Positions 36,530-46,488 are shown, counted from the stretch's first letter. The stretch is 64,000 nucleotides of DNA from Deferribacterales bacterium (GCA_050251875.1 JBFWMA010000007.1:32001-96000), one strand, 5' to 3'. The notes: generated by a model from the sequence alone, not told the origin. Made by a program: numbers and translations.

Positions 36530-38866
36530 ATGAGCGAAAAAACAGTTAAAATTCAGGGAATTGTAGACGGAAAAAGAGTGTCTACACAAAACCTTCTCCG
36601 CAATGTATACGCAAAGCTGGACGAAGGTTATACAGAATTCGAGATCGATGCCTCCGGTCAGCACAACATCGGCGGACCTCTCTGGACCAAAGACGGGAAA
36701 CCTCTGAAATTCAGAGTTAAAAACCCCGGTCAGCGTGTAGGCTCTATGGGTATGCACGACACAGAGATCATCATCGACGGCTCAGCCCCCGCAGACGTGG
36801 GCTGGCTGAATGCCGGCGCCACCATCGTTCTGAAAGGAGACGGCGGCGATACCACAGCGCACTGCGCAGCCACAGGAAAGATATATGTCGGCGGCAGAAC
36901 CGGAACACGTTCCGGCGCTCTGATGAAACACGACCCCAAATTCCCCGCTCCGGAGTTCTGGGTTCTGAAAACCACAGGCTCTTTCAGCTTTGAGTTCATG
37001 GGAGGCGGATATGCCGTCATCTGCGGACTGGGCGCTGAAAATATGGACTCTGTCATGGGCGACAGAGGGTGCGTGGGCATGGTCGGCGGAACAGTCTATG
37101 TCAGAGGAAGCGTAAAAGGTCTCTCTGAAAAAGACGTATGGATAATGGAGCTGGACGAGAACGACAAAGAGTTTCTGCTTCAGGGACTCCCCGAGTTTCT
37201 CGAAAAAGTGGAGCGCAAAGACGCTCTGACAACACTCTCCGACATGTCTCAGTGGAAAAAGATAGTCGCCAAGACATTCGAAGAGAAAAAGATTAAAACT
37301 CTCATGCCGATGAATGACTTCCGTATGGGTCAATGGGTCAGGGACGGAATATTCGGCGATCTGATAGAAGAAGACTACTATGTGGCGGAATATGTTGAGA
37401 CAGGCGATCTCAGACTGAAATATCCCGAATGGCAGAACGCCAGATATTCAGCTCCCTGTGAATACAACTGTCCCGTTTTCATCCCCACACAGAAACGCAT
37501 AGCCCTGCTCCGTCAGGGAAAAATCCAGGAAGCTCTGGAACTGGTTCTGGATTACAGCCCCTTCCCCGCTTCCGTGTGCGGACAGGTATGTCCCAACCTG
37601 TGTCAGGACATATGCTCCCGTAAGAAAGTCGACATCCCCGTTAAGATAAAAGAGCTGGGTCAGCTCAGCAGAAAAGCGGAGGCAAAAGGTTTTGACGTGC
37701 CTCAGCGAAAAGAGAAAGTAGCCGTCATCGGTTCAGGTTCCGCCGGACTCACAGCCGCATGGCACCTGCGCAAATTCGGCTATCAGGTGGATGTAATCGA
37801 GCAGGATTCTGTTGTCGGCGGAAAGCTGAAACAGGTTATTCCTAACGAACGTCTGGCTCAGGATATTCTGGAAACAGAGATCAAACGTATTCTGGATAAA
37901 GGCGTAAATGTTAAAACCAACACTAAGGTGGACAAAGACCTCTTCAGCAGTCTGGTAAAAGACTATTCAGCCGTCATTGTGGCTGTGGGCGCTCATGTGC
38001 CGGTAGTCATCCCCTTTGACGGACACGAAAGACTGGTTAAAGGTCTAGACTTCCTGAAAAGCGTTAACAAAGGCGAAAAACCCAAAGTGGGCGAAAAAGT
38101 CGTTGTTATCGGTGCCGGAAACGCCGCCATGGACGTTGTGCTTGGCGCTTATGAAATGGGAGCCAAAGAGGTTACAGCCATAGATATCCAGAAACCCGCC
38201 GCCTTTGAGCATGAGATGGATCACGCGAAAAGTCTCGGGGCAAAAATTCTGTGGCCCGTATACACTGACAAGATAACAGAGAAAGGCGTTCTCACAAAGA
38301 ACGGCGAGCTGATAGAAGCTGACACAGTGATAATCGCCATCGGCGACCGTCCCGACTTCTCCTTCATGGACAGATCATGGATGGATGAGAAAGGTCAGGT
38401 GAAGATGAACGAATATCTTCAGTGTCTGGCTGACGAAAAAGTGTTCATCACCGGTGACGCTATCAAACAGGGTCTGTTCACACACGCTCTGGGAGACGGA
38501 CGCAAAGCCGCCATCAACGTTGACAGGATGCTGAACGGACGCAAGCTGGATGATTTCGCCAAAGCGCCCGTGATTCCTCAGGACAAGGTGAAGGATGAAT
38601 ACTATCACCCCATGAACGCTCAGAAAGTGGCTGAAATGGAGGCTGAGGACGAGACCGGAAGATGTATGAGCTGCGGTTTCTGCCGTGACTGCTCATTCTG
38701 TCTGGAAGTATGTCCCGAACAGGCTATCACCAGAAAAGAGATAGACGGCAAGTTCGAGTACATCTCTAACCCGTCAAAATGTATCGGATGTGGAATCTGT
38801 GCGGGAGTATGCCCCTGCGGCGTATGGACCATGTACGAGATGACCGAAAAATATATCGAAAGCTAA
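36530..38866 (+). CDS. Fusion of glutamate synthase GXGXG domain (GltB3) and GltD-like FAD/NAD(P)H oxidoreductase with C-terminal ferredoxin
   Basis: 'GQHNIGG', 'FEFMGGG', 'CVGMVGG'; 'APCEYNCP', 'CGQVCPNLC', 'IGSGSAGL', 'IGAGNAAMD'; two C-terminal 4Fe-4S motifs. Confidence 0.9.
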   Translation: MSEKTVKIQGIVDGKRVSTQNLLRNVYAKLDEGYTEFEIDASGQHNIGGPLWTKDGKPLKFRVKNPGQRVGSMGMHDTEIIIDGSAPADVGWLNAGATIVLKGDGGDTTAHCAATGKIYVGGRTGTRSGALMKHDPKFPAPEFWVLKTTGSFSFEFMGGGYAVICGLGAENMDSVMGDRGCVGMVGGTVYVRGSVKGLSEKDVWIMELDENDKEFLLQGLPEFLEKVERKDALTTLSDMSQWKKIVAKTFEEKKIKTLMPMNDFRMGQWVRDGIFGDLIEEDYYVAEYVETGDLRLKYPEWQNARYSAPCEYNCPVFIPTQKRIALLRQGKIQEALELVLDYSPFPASVCGQVCPNLCQDICSRKKVDIPVKIKELGQLSRKAEAKGFDVPQRKEKVAVIGSGSAGLTAAWHLRKFGYQVDVIEQDSVVGGKLKQVIPNERLAQDILETEIKRILDKGVNVKTNTKVDKDLFSSLVKDYSAVIVAVGAHVPVVIPFDGHERLVKGLDFLKSVNKGEKPKVGEKVVVIGAGNAAMDVVLGAYEMGAKEVTAIDIQKPAAFEHEMDHAKSLGAKILWPVYTDKITEKGVLTKNGELIEADTVIIAIGDRPDFSFMDRSWMDEKGQVKMNEYLQCLADEKVFITGDAIKQGLFTHALGDGRKAAINVDRMLNGRKLDDFAKAPVIPQDKVKDEYYHPMNAQKVAEMEAEDETGRCMSCGFCRDCSFCLEVCPEQAITRKEIDGKFEYISNPSKCIGCGICAGVCPCGVWTMYEMTEKYIES

Positions 38867-38897
38867 GTTGCGGCGGATATATAAAATAATGAAGTAG

Positions 38898-38924
38898 GGC
38901 GGCATTTTACATGCCGCCTTTTTT
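38898..38924 (+). terminator. Terminator after the glutamate synthase operon
   Basis: GGCGGCAT-TTTAC-ATGCCGCC followed by a T-run. Confidence 0.8.
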
Positions 38925-39102
38925 ATACCTTAAGGTTCTTCGCCACCTGCTCCACTATCTCGTCATCCAGTGTGTTGGTGGTTTTCTTTGCCAGCATCCT
39001 GAGTATGCTCAGGATAATATTCGATATAATCTTCTCTGTGAAAAAAGCATAAAATATTTTGCTGAACGCCGAAACGAATGCTGTAGATAATATCGGTATC
39101 AT
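38923..39102 (-). CDS. Small holin-like phage-type protein (59 aa)
   Basis: MIPILSTAFVSAFSKIFYAFF...LAKKTTNTLDDEIVEQV; TGATG coupling to the lysozyme; amphipathic/hydrophobic. Confidence 0.55.
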   Translation of the reverse strand: MIPILSTAFVSAFSKIFYAFFTEKIISNIILSILRMLAKKTTNTLDDEIVEQVAKNLKV

Positions 39103-39563
39103 CACGCCACCTCTTCCCATTGTCCTGTTTTCATTTGTTTTACATTTGTTCTGCTTCTTCTGCCCGACTGGGTGAACCATCTGCTGTGGATCATCTCCGC
39201 AGAAGCCGCCTCATAGTTATGCTCCGAAAGCCTCGCCAGAAAGTTCTTGAATCCTGACAAACCTTTGAACCCCAGCTGATAGAGCATATCCACTATCACA
39301 GCCTGTCTGGCTTCGTTCAGCGAGTTAAAGAAAGGAAAGTTTTCCTCCGCCTCTTTAGCGCATCTCTTTGCGTCTTTCTCTATCAGTCTTTCAGCCAGTT
39401 CTTTGGTAAATCCCCGGCTGAGCACCGCCGTAATATCTTCAGTCGTAAAACCTCTGTCCTGATAGTTGTAGCCGTATCCTATCGTCCACTTGCCTGCCGT
39501 GCACTGATATGGCTGGTCTCTGTAGCCTTCGTATTCTTTGATGCGCTCTATGATTTTCTGCAT
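39102..39563 (-). CDS. Phage-type lysozyme (GH24, T4-like endolysin)
   Basis: 'IKEYEGYRDQPYQCTAGKWTIGYG' (Glu/Cys/Thr triad), 'RQAVIVDMLYQLG', 'SRWFTQSGRR'; ATG at 39563 with GGAGG. Confidence 0.9.
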   Translation of the reverse strand: MQKIIERIKEYEGYRDQPYQCTAGKWTIGYGYNYQDRGFTTEDITAVLSRGFTKELAERLIEKDAKRCAKEAEENFPFFNSLNEARQAVIVDMLYQLGFKGLSGFKNFLARLSEHNYEAASAEMIHSRWFTQSGRRSRTNVKQMKTGQWEEVA

Positions 39564-39653
39564 GTTTCCTCCATGAAGACGGAGGCGGCATAGATTATAT
39601 GTCCGCCCCATTTTCCGCCTGTTTGCGGTGTGTTCTTCATGAGGTGGATTATA
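39564..39653 (-). promoter_or_regulatory. TATAAT promoter and structured ~80-nt leader occluding the lysozyme RBS
   Basis: TATAAT at 39653-39648; CCTCATGAAGA (39644-39634) pairs with TCTTCATGGAGG (39579-39568); two internal hairpins. Confidence 0.6.
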
Positions 39654-39700
39654 TGAAAGAATGAAAATGGATATGATTAGATAAGATGAGGACTGATAAT

Positions 39701-39730
39701 AAAAAAAGGCGGGGTATAAAACCCCGCCCT
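39701..39730 (-). terminator. Terminator of the PFOR gene
   Basis: GGCGGGGT-TTTAT-ACCCCGCC followed by a T-run on the minus strand. Confidence 0.8.
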
Positions 39731-39771
39731 GCATTTTTTGGCTGGTTGTTACACCCGCCTTTAAAAAGGTC

Positions 39772-42700
39772 TTACTTGTCTTCGATTGAACAGTCGACTT
39801 TAGCAAGCTCTTTGTACAGCTTGAATCTCTGACGGGATTTCATGCTGGCGAACTCTACTATAGCGTCTGCTTTGTCGGGGAACATTTTCTGTACTACACG
39901 GAATCTGTTCTCTGTAGCCATGAACTCTTTCAGAGTCATGGAAGGATCTTTGCTGTCCAGAGTCAGGGGGTTTTTGCCCTCTTCTCTCATAGCGGGGTTG
40001 AATCTGAACAGAGGCCAGTAGCCGGAAGCAACAGCTTTTCTCTGAGCGTCCACACCTTCGGTCATGGTGATACCGTGAGCGATACAGTGTGAGTAAGCGA
40101 TGATGATTGAAGGACCATCGTGGGCTTCAGCCTCAACAAACGCTTTGATCACCTGAGCGGGGTTGGACAGAGAAACTCTGGCAACATATATGTGACCGTA
40201 GGTCATGCATATCATGGAGAGGTCTTTCTTCTCAGCAGCCTTACCGGAGAAAGCGAACTTCGCCTGAGCGCCAATAGGTGTTGATTTAGAAGCCTGACCG
40301 CCTGTGTTTGAGTACACTTCTGTATCCAGAACCAGAACGTTGATGTTCTCGTTGGAAGCCAGAACGTGATCCAGACCGCCGTAACCGATGTCATACGCCC
40401 ATCCGTCACCGCCGACAATCCATACTGATTTTTTAACCAGATAGTCTGCCAGAGAGATAAGGTTTTTAGCGTCTGCTCCGCCTATTTTCTCCAGAGCGGC
40501 TTTCAGCTGAGCGATTCTTGCTCTCTGAGCCTCGATCTGAAGCTGATCTTTCTGCTCTGCTGTTTTGATCTCTTCAACAAGTTTTTTGTCGAGTTTATCA
40601 GCAAGTTTGTCCAGAAGCTCGTTAGCCTGAACAGTGAACTGGTCTACTGTGAGTCTCAGACCATAACCGAACTCGGCGTTGTCCTCGAACAGTGAGTTAG
40701 ACCATGCGGGTCCTCTGCCGTCACATCTTTTTGTGTAAGGTGTGGTGGGCAGGTTACCGCCATAGATAGATGAACAGCCTGTGGCGTTAGCGATGAGCGC
40801 TCTGTCGCCGAAGAGCTGAGCCAGCAGTTTGATGTAGGGAGTTTCGCCGCAGCCTGCGCATGCGCCGGAGAACTCGAACATGTGAGGAGCCAGCTGAGAG
40901 CCTTTAAGGCTTGCTTTGTTGTATTTCTCGTTAGGAAGCTCGGGCAGAGACAGGAAGAAGTCGAAATTCTTCATCTCCTGCTCGCGCAGAGGAAGCTGGG
41001 GAGCCATGTTGATGGCTTTGTGCTCGGGGTTTGTTTTGCTCTTGGCGGGGCAGTTGTAAACACAAGCGCCGCAGCCTGTACAGTCCTCGGGAGCGACCTG
41101 AACAGTGAACTTCATGCCGTCGAACTCTTTGCCTTTAGCGTCCATTGATTTGAAAGAAGCGGGAGCTTTTGAAAGCTCTTTCGCATCGTAAACCATAGTA
41201 CGGATAGCGGCGTGGGGGCATACGAATGAACAGATAGCGCACTGTATGCAGAGTTCTGTATCCCACTCGGGAATGTGAACAGCGATGTTGCGTTTTTCGA
41301 ACTTGGCGGTTCCTGTGGGGAATGTACCATCGTTAGGAAGCTGACCGACTGATACTTCATCGCCTCTCATGGCAACGAGCATGCTGGTTGTGCCTTTAAC
41401 AAAGTCAGAAGCGTCTTTGTCTGTCACACAGTTGTTTATCAGCGGGAACTCAACAGCGCCGTCAGCGGCTTTTCCGCCCTGACCGGGGTATTTAACTTCT
41501 TTAAGACCTGTGGAGCCTGCGTCAACAGAGTCGTTGTTCATTTTTACAACTTTGTCGCCGTATCTGCCGTAAGTCTTTTTGTTAGCGCCTTTGATGGCTT
41601 CTGTAACAACGTTGAAGTCAACGATGTTGGAGATTTTGAAGAAAGCTGTCTGAAGGATAACGTTGTAGCGTGATCCGAGACCGATCTCTTCCGCCAGGTC
41701 AACAGCGTTGATGGTGTAAACTTTAGCCTGTTTAGCGACTATCTGTTTCTGAACAACTTCAGGAATGTGCTGCCAGATCTCGTCAGCGGTGTACTGGCTG
41801 TTGATCAGGAAAGTTCCGTTAGCTTTCAGATATTTGAGCATGTCGTATTTCTCAAGGAATGAGAAGTTGTGGCATGCGACAAAGTCAGCTTTCTGAACCA
41901 GATAGGAGCTTTTGATATCTCTTTTGCCGAATCTCAGGTGAGATGTTGTCATTGAGCCGGCTTTTTTAGAGTCGTAAACGAAGTAAGCCTGAACTGTGTT
42001 TTCTGTCAGGTCGCCGATGATTTTAGCGGAGTTTTTGTTAGCGCCCACTGTACCGTCTGAACCCAGACCGAAGAACATAGCGTTGAAAACATCGTCCTGA
42101 GGAGTCAGCCAGTTTTCATCATAGTTAAGGCTGAGGTTTGTAACGTCATCCTTGATACCTACTGTGAAGCCGTTCATGGGCTCTTTAGCGTCAAGGTTGT
42201 CGAAAACGGCTTTAACCATAGCGGGTGTGAACTCTTTAGAGCCCAGACCGTAACGTCCGCCGACTATAACGGGGTAGCCGTTGAATTTGTAAAGTTTTTT
42301 CTGCATAGCTTCGCCGATGGCTGTACGAACATCAAGATACATAGGCTCGCCGATTGAGCCGGGCTCTTTTGTTCTGTCCAGAACCGCCATTTTTGAGCAT
42401 GTAGCGGGGATAGCTTTTATGAAGTCTTCGAGGGGGAAAGGTCTGTAAAGTCTGATTTTGATAAGACCGACTTTTTCGCCGCAGGCGTTCATGTATGAAA
42501 CTGCCTCTTCAGCGACATCAGCGCCTGAACCCATGATTATCAGAACTTTTTCAGCATCCGGAGCGCCGAAGTAGTCAACAAGGCTGTACTGGCGACCTGT
42601 CAGTTTACCGAATTTATCCATCTGTTTTTTCATGATGGCGGGGAAATCCTGATAGAACTTGTTGACGGTCTCTTTCGCCTGGAAGAATACGTCAGGGTTC

Positions 42701-43362
42701 TGTGATGTACCTTTTATAGTGGGAGTGTCGGGGTTAAGAGCTCTTTTTCTGTGGGCGATAACCAGATCGTCACAGATCATCTCTCTCATCTCTTCTTTGC
42801 TCAGCTCTATAGTGGTGCGGAGTTCGTGAGATGTTCTGAAACCATCGAAGAAGTGAAGAACGGGTACTCTGCCTTCCAGAGCGGCCGCCTGAGAAATCAG
42901 AGCGAAATCCATAACTTCCTGAGGGTTGTTGGATGCCAGCATGGACCATCCTGTCTGACGGCATGCCATAACGTCTGAATGGTCGCCGAAGATAGAAAGA
43001 GCGTGTGTGGCAAGGGCACGGGCTGAAACATGGAAGACTGTGGGAGTCAGTTCGCCCGCTATCTTATACATATTAGGGATCATCAGAAGAAGACCCTGAG
43101 AAGCTGTAAATGTAGTAGTAAGAGCACCCGCTGAAAGCGCGCCGTGAACTGCTCCGGACGCTCCTCCCTCGGACTGAAGCTCAACGACCTTCGGAACACT
43201 GCCCCAGATGTTCTTTTCGCCCACTGCGGACTTTTCATCAGAAATCTCTCCCATAACGGATGAGGGTGTGATAGGATAGATAGCGATTACTTCGTTCGTC
43301 GCGTGTGCGACATGGGCGGCGGCGGTGTTGCCGTCGATGATAACTTTGTTGTTTTTCGACAT
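39772..43362 (-). CDS. nifJ: Pyruvate:ferredoxin/flavodoxin oxidoreductase (homodimeric)
   Basis: 'IAIYPITPSS', 'TASQGLLLM', 'GLGSDGTVGANK', 'CIQCAICSFVCP', 'FSGACAGCGETPY', 'GGDGWAYDIGYGG'; highly biased codon use. Confidence 0.97.
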   Translation of the reverse strand: MSKNNKVIIDGNTAAAHVAHATNEVIAIYPITPSSVMGEISDEKSAVGEKNIWGSVPKVVELQSEGGASGAVHGALSAGALTTTFTASQGLLLMIPNMYKIAGELTPTVFHVSARALATHALSIFGDHSDVMACRQTGWSMLASNNPQEVMDFALISQAAALEGRVPVLHFFDGFRTSHELRTTIELSKEEMREMICDDLVIAHRKRALNPDTPTIKGTSQNPDVFFQAKETVNKFYQDFPAIMKKQMDKFGKLTGRQYSLVDYFGAPDAEKVLIIMGSGADVAEEAVSYMNACGEKVGLIKIRLYRPFPLEDFIKAIPATCSKMAVLDRTKEPGSIGEPMYLDVRTAIGEAMQKKLYKFNGYPVIVGGRYGLGSKEFTPAMVKAVFDNLDAKEPMNGFTVGIKDDVTNLSLNYDENWLTPQDDVFNAMFFGLGSDGTVGANKNSAKIIGDLTENTVQAYFVYDSKKAGSMTTSHLRFGKRDIKSSYLVQKADFVACHNFSFLEKYDMLKYLKANGTFLINSQYTADEIWQHIPEVVQKQIVAKQAKVYTINAVDLAEEIGLGSRYNVILQTAFFKISNIVDFNVVTEAIKGANKKTYGRYGDKVVKMNNDSVDAGSTGLKEVKYPGQGGKAADGAVEFPLINNCVTDKDASDFVKGTTSMLVAMRGDEVSVGQLPNDGTFPTGTAKFEKRNIAVHIPEWDTELCIQCAICSFVCPHAAIRTMVYDAKELSKAPASFKSMDAKGKEFDGMKFTVQVAPEDCTGCGACVYNCPAKSKTNPEHKAINMAPQLPLREQEMKNFDFFLSLPELPNEKYNKASLKGSQLAPHMFEFSGACAGCGETPYIKLLAQLFGDRALIANATGCSSIYGGNLPTTPYTKRCDGRGPAWSNSLFEDNAEFGYGLRLTVDQFTVQANELLDKLADKLDKKLVEEIKTAEQKDQLQIEAQRARIAQLKAALEKIGGADAKNLISLADYLVKKSVWIVGGDGWAYDIGYGGLDHVLASNENINVLVLDTEVYSNTGGQASKSTPIGAQAKFAFSGKAAEKKDLSMICMTYGHIYVARVSLSNPAQVIKAFVEAEAHDGPSIIIAYSHCIAHGITMTEGVDAQRKAVASGYWPLFRFNPAMREEGKNPLTLDSKDPSMTLKEFMATENRFRVVQKMFPDKADAIVEFASMKSRQRFKLYKELAKVDCSIEDK

Positions 43363-43513
43363 ACCATTCACTCCTTGTAGTTTTAAAAATAAGTTCTAAT
43401 CTTATTTGATGTAATTAAAAGTTAAAAGACCGTTTTACTATACATATTTTCAATATCTCAGTCAACTAGATTTCTTGTTTTCAACAACAGAGTAATGATA
43501 TATAATCTTTTTT

Positions 43514-44290
43514 ATGAGAAAGACCATTGAACGCACCGGACAGAAAGCTATTGATTCCATGCGGTTTTTTGCCGGATACTTTGCCTTTACTGTTGCGTTT
43601 TTCAAAGGGTGTTTTAATCCGCATATTTTTTACCCTTCAGTAAAATTAGTCTTCCGCAGACAGATATATTTCACAGGCGTTCAGATCCTCCCCACCTTCT
43701 CTTTCGTGTCGCTGGCTCTGGGACTGGCTTTGGTGGGCGGACTCACTAAGTTCATGGTTCAGTTCGGCGCAGAATCAGCCGTGGGCAGCGTGCTTGTCAC
43801 CACCACGGTAAAAGAGCTCGCTCCGCTTGTCACAGCGATACTTCTGACGCTCAGAACATCCACAGCCGTCACAGCCGAAATAGCCCTGATGAAGATGAAC
43901 AGAGAGATAGATACGCTCAAGTCGCTCTCCATAGACCCTTTCGTCTATTTATACATACCCAGAATACTCTCCGGAGTTATATGTATGTCTGCCCTGTCTA
44001 TCATATTTGTTTACATTTCTATTTTGGGCGGATATCTGATTCTTAGTTTTAATCTGAACATATCATTTGATTTTCTAATAGGAACTATTTTTGACGCCTT
44101 CACTTTGAACATTGTATTAGTATTTTTTATAAAGATCATACTTCTCGGATATTTTCTGATGTCTATTCCTATCTATACCGCTCTGCAAGTGGGAAACGCT
44201 GTAACGGAAATTCCTATAGCCCTGCTTAGAGGAATGTTCCGTCTCTTTTACGCTATAATAATTGTAGAGATCATCGGAGTGATATTATGA
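43514..44290 (+). CDS. mlaE: MlaE-family ABC permease
   Basis: 'KELAPLVTAILL', 'TAEIALMKMNREIDTL...DPFVYLYIPRI'. Confidence 0.88.
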   Translation: MRKTIERTGQKAIDSMRFFAGYFAFTVAFFKGCFNPHIFYPSVKLVFRRQIYFTGVQILPTFSFVSLALGLALVGGLTKFMVQFGAESAVGSVLVTTTVKELAPLVTAILLTLRTSTAVTAEIALMKMNREIDTLKSLSIDPFVYLYIPRILSGVICMSALSIIFVYISILGGYLILSFNLNISFDFLIGTIFDAFTLNIVLVFFIKIILLGYFLMSIPIYTALQVGNAVTEIPIALLRGMFRLFYAIIIVEIIGVIL

Positions 44291-44802
44291 GCAAGTACCT
44301 TATATATTACGAACATGAAGACACAGCGGACGCATGGATGGCGACTCTGATGTGTTATGCCGACCAGAAAAGGCTGGGCATAGTGTCCGGCACATTCCCC
44401 ATCATAGGTAATCTTTCCGTCATCGAAAACATTCTTCTGCCGGCGGCATATCATCATAAAACAAGCTATGATGAGGGCGAGAGAGCTATTATAAAGGATC
44501 TCAGAAAATTCAACATAGAGCATCACCTCCACTCCAGAAGCAACCAGCTGAACAACTTTGAACGATTCATTGTTAAATTTCTTCAGGTAAAATATCTGGA
44601 ACCGGACTGGACGGTTTTTTTCAACCCCAGAAGGATGTTCATAGCTGAATACGAGGAGCAGTTTCACCAATTTTTACGCTGTGAAGATCTGAAAAAATCG
44701 GTTATCATAGAACATGAAAAACATAGATACCTCTTTGAGGATATGAACGATTACATCGAAAAGGATTTTGACCTATGGGCGACCCAAGATTTAAGCATAT
44801 AG
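44287..44802 (+). CDS. Truncated degenerate ABC-ATPase-like protein in the mlaF position
   Basis: 'LGIVSGTFPIIGNLSVIENILLP' and 'SNQLNNFERFIVKFLQ...EPDWTVFFNP' follow the ABC fold, but Walker A, LSGG and DE motifs are absent. Confidence 0.65.
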   Translation: MSKYLIYYEHEDTADAWMATLMCYADQKRLGIVSGTFPIIGNLSVIENILLPAAYHHKTSYDEGERAIIKDLRKFNIEHHLHSRSNQLNNFERFIVKFLQVKYLEPDWTVFFNPRRMFIAEYEEQFHQFLRCEDLKKSVIIEHEKHRYLFEDMNDYIEKDFDLWATQDLSI

Positions 44803-45803
44803 AATTTAAAGTAGGCATATTCATCTTTGCCGCCATGATACTGATATTGGCGTTTCTGACCGGATTTCTCATCCAGCAGAATTTTTTCTCGTCAAAAGTG
44901 AAGGTAATCTTTATCTCGGAATCAGGCGAGGGACTCTCCAAGAGCATGCCCGTCATGTATTCCGGATTTCAGATCGCCAGGGTCTACAGCATCGAGCTGA
45001 GGGATGACGGTCTGGTGGAACTGAGAGCTAAAATTCCCGTCAGATACAAGAAATGGGTAAAACCTCAGTCTGACGCCAAGATTCAGGCTCAGGGCGTCAT
45101 CGGCGCCAATGCCGTTGTTCTCTCCGGCGGGCTGGAGTCTCCGGAAGAGATACATGACGGACAGACATATAAGCTGACCCGTGAGCAGGCGATCGCCGAT
45201 CTGATAAAGAAATTCGAGCCCATGCTGGACAATATAAAACATATATTAGAAAACGTGGACAATGTGACAGCCTCTGTGTCTAACAAAAAACAAAGCATAG
45301 AAGAGCTGCTGGGCGGTCTGGGCGATCTGGGCAGCGATGTTTCGAAAAAAGAGGGCTCAGTGGGATTTCTCACCCGCTCAGATTATCTGAAAAACGAAGT
45401 TCAGTCCATCATGACAAAGATACAGGTGGCTCAGGACAATCTGATAGAGATCACAAACAAAGTGGACACAGCGGTAGCCGGTGTCAACGACAGGGTAACT
45501 GAAGCGAAACCCGCCATAGCTGACCTGGATAAAGGCATCATAGCCATCAAGGAAGGCGCGGAGGACATAGGCAAACTGGCGCAGAACATAAACAAAACCG
45601 TGGATAAGCTCCAGAAGACTGTGAGCAACACCAACAAGATAACAACAGATGTCGCCGATTCCACCACCGATCTGAAAGCGCTCAGAAAACAGACGGACGA
45701 CATACTGAACACATCCAACAGAATTCTGCTGAATATGGAAGAGAAGTGGCCCTTCAACGGATCCGACACCATAAAAGCGGATGAGAAGGTAAAACTGCCA
45801 TGA
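44775..45803 (+). CDS. mlaD: MCE/MlaD-family protein with a long helical C-terminus
   Basis: N-terminal TM 'EFKVGIFIF'; 'GLSKSMPVMYSGFQIARV', 'AKIQAQGVIG'. Confidence 0.88.
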   Translation: MGDPRFKHIEFKVGIFIFAAMILILAFLTGFLIQQNFFSSKVKVIFISESGEGLSKSMPVMYSGFQIARVYSIELRDDGLVELRAKIPVRYKKWVKPQSDAKIQAQGVIGANAVVLSGGLESPEEIHDGQTYKLTREQAIADLIKKFEPMLDNIKHILENVDNVTASVSNKKQSIEELLGGLGDLGSDVSKKEGSVGFLTRSDYLKNEVQSIMTKIQVAQDNLIEITNKVDTAVAGVNDRVTEAKPAIADLDKGIIAIKEGAEDIGKLAQNINKTVDKLQKTVSNTNKITTDVADSTTDLKALRKQTDDILNTSNRILLNMEEKWPFNGSDTIKADEKVKLP

Positions 45804-46474
45804 GGAAACTTATCATATTAACAGCGACCGCTCTGATCATATTCTCATGCGGCTCAAAACCGAAAAGCTCCCCCGACTTCCTCTACGGAAGCAAGCTGTA
45901 CAGCCAGTTTCAGATGTATTATCTGAAGGGTGACGCTAAACTCGCCGACTATAACTTCTACAAATCAGAAGCCCAGTTCATGAAAGTGGACAGCGTGTGC
46001 AACCTTTCCCGTATATTTATCGGGCGCTTCGTGATTCAGGAGACAGGCGAAGATACCGCTTCTCTGGAAGTGGCTAAAAATTATGCAGAGGCAGGCAGAT
46101 GTTCCGAGGAAAACAACATCATAGCCTACCTCGAAAATAAAGATTTCGACAAAAACAAATTAACAGAACCGTACAATACTATCAGTAAGTTATCTATCAA
46201 AGACATGGCATCCGCAGACGAAAACTCATACTTAGATGATGTTACCAAAACAAGGCTATTGAGAAAAGCATCGATTAATTATATAATGCAGAATCCTGCT
46301 CTTTCCGAAGAGATAGCCGAAAAAGCCATCGCTATTGACAAGCTCAACGGATGGTCGCTTAACATACTGCGGGACTTGATTATTATCAAAGAAGCACGTT
46401 TAAAGCAGAACAAAGAAGTCAAGGATATCGAAACAAGGATAAAGCTGATCAAGACTCAGCTGATTAAGAAATAG
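45800..46474 (+). CDS. Lipoprotein associated with the MCE system
   Basis: MRKLIILTATALIIFS-C lipobox; ATGA overlap with mlaD. Confidence 0.75.
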   Translation: MRKLIILTATALIIFSCGSKPKSSPDFLYGSKLYSQFQMYYLKGDAKLADYNFYKSEAQFMKVDSVCNLSRIFIGRFVIQETGEDTASLEVAKNYAEAGRCSEENNIIAYLENKDFDKNKLTEPYNTISKLSIKDMASADENSYLDDVTKTRLLRKASINYIMQNPALSEEIAEKAIAIDKLNGWSLNILRDLIIIKEARLKQNKEVKDIETRIKLIKTQLIKK

Positions 46475-46488
46475 CCATATTGTGGCTA
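46472..46488. promoter_or_regulatory. Palindrome, candidate NtrC-type enhancer for glnBA
   Basis: TAGCCA-TATTG-TGGCTA about 65 bp upstream of the sigma54 promoter. Confidence 0.45.

Noticed and set aside
38923..39563. Prophage
   Set aside because: No structural, replication or integrase genes; flanked by housekeeping operons
39564..39806. N-terminal extension of the lysozyme ORF in the track
   Set aside because: Crosses the PFOR terminator and the promoter; the real start is ATG 39563 with GGAGG
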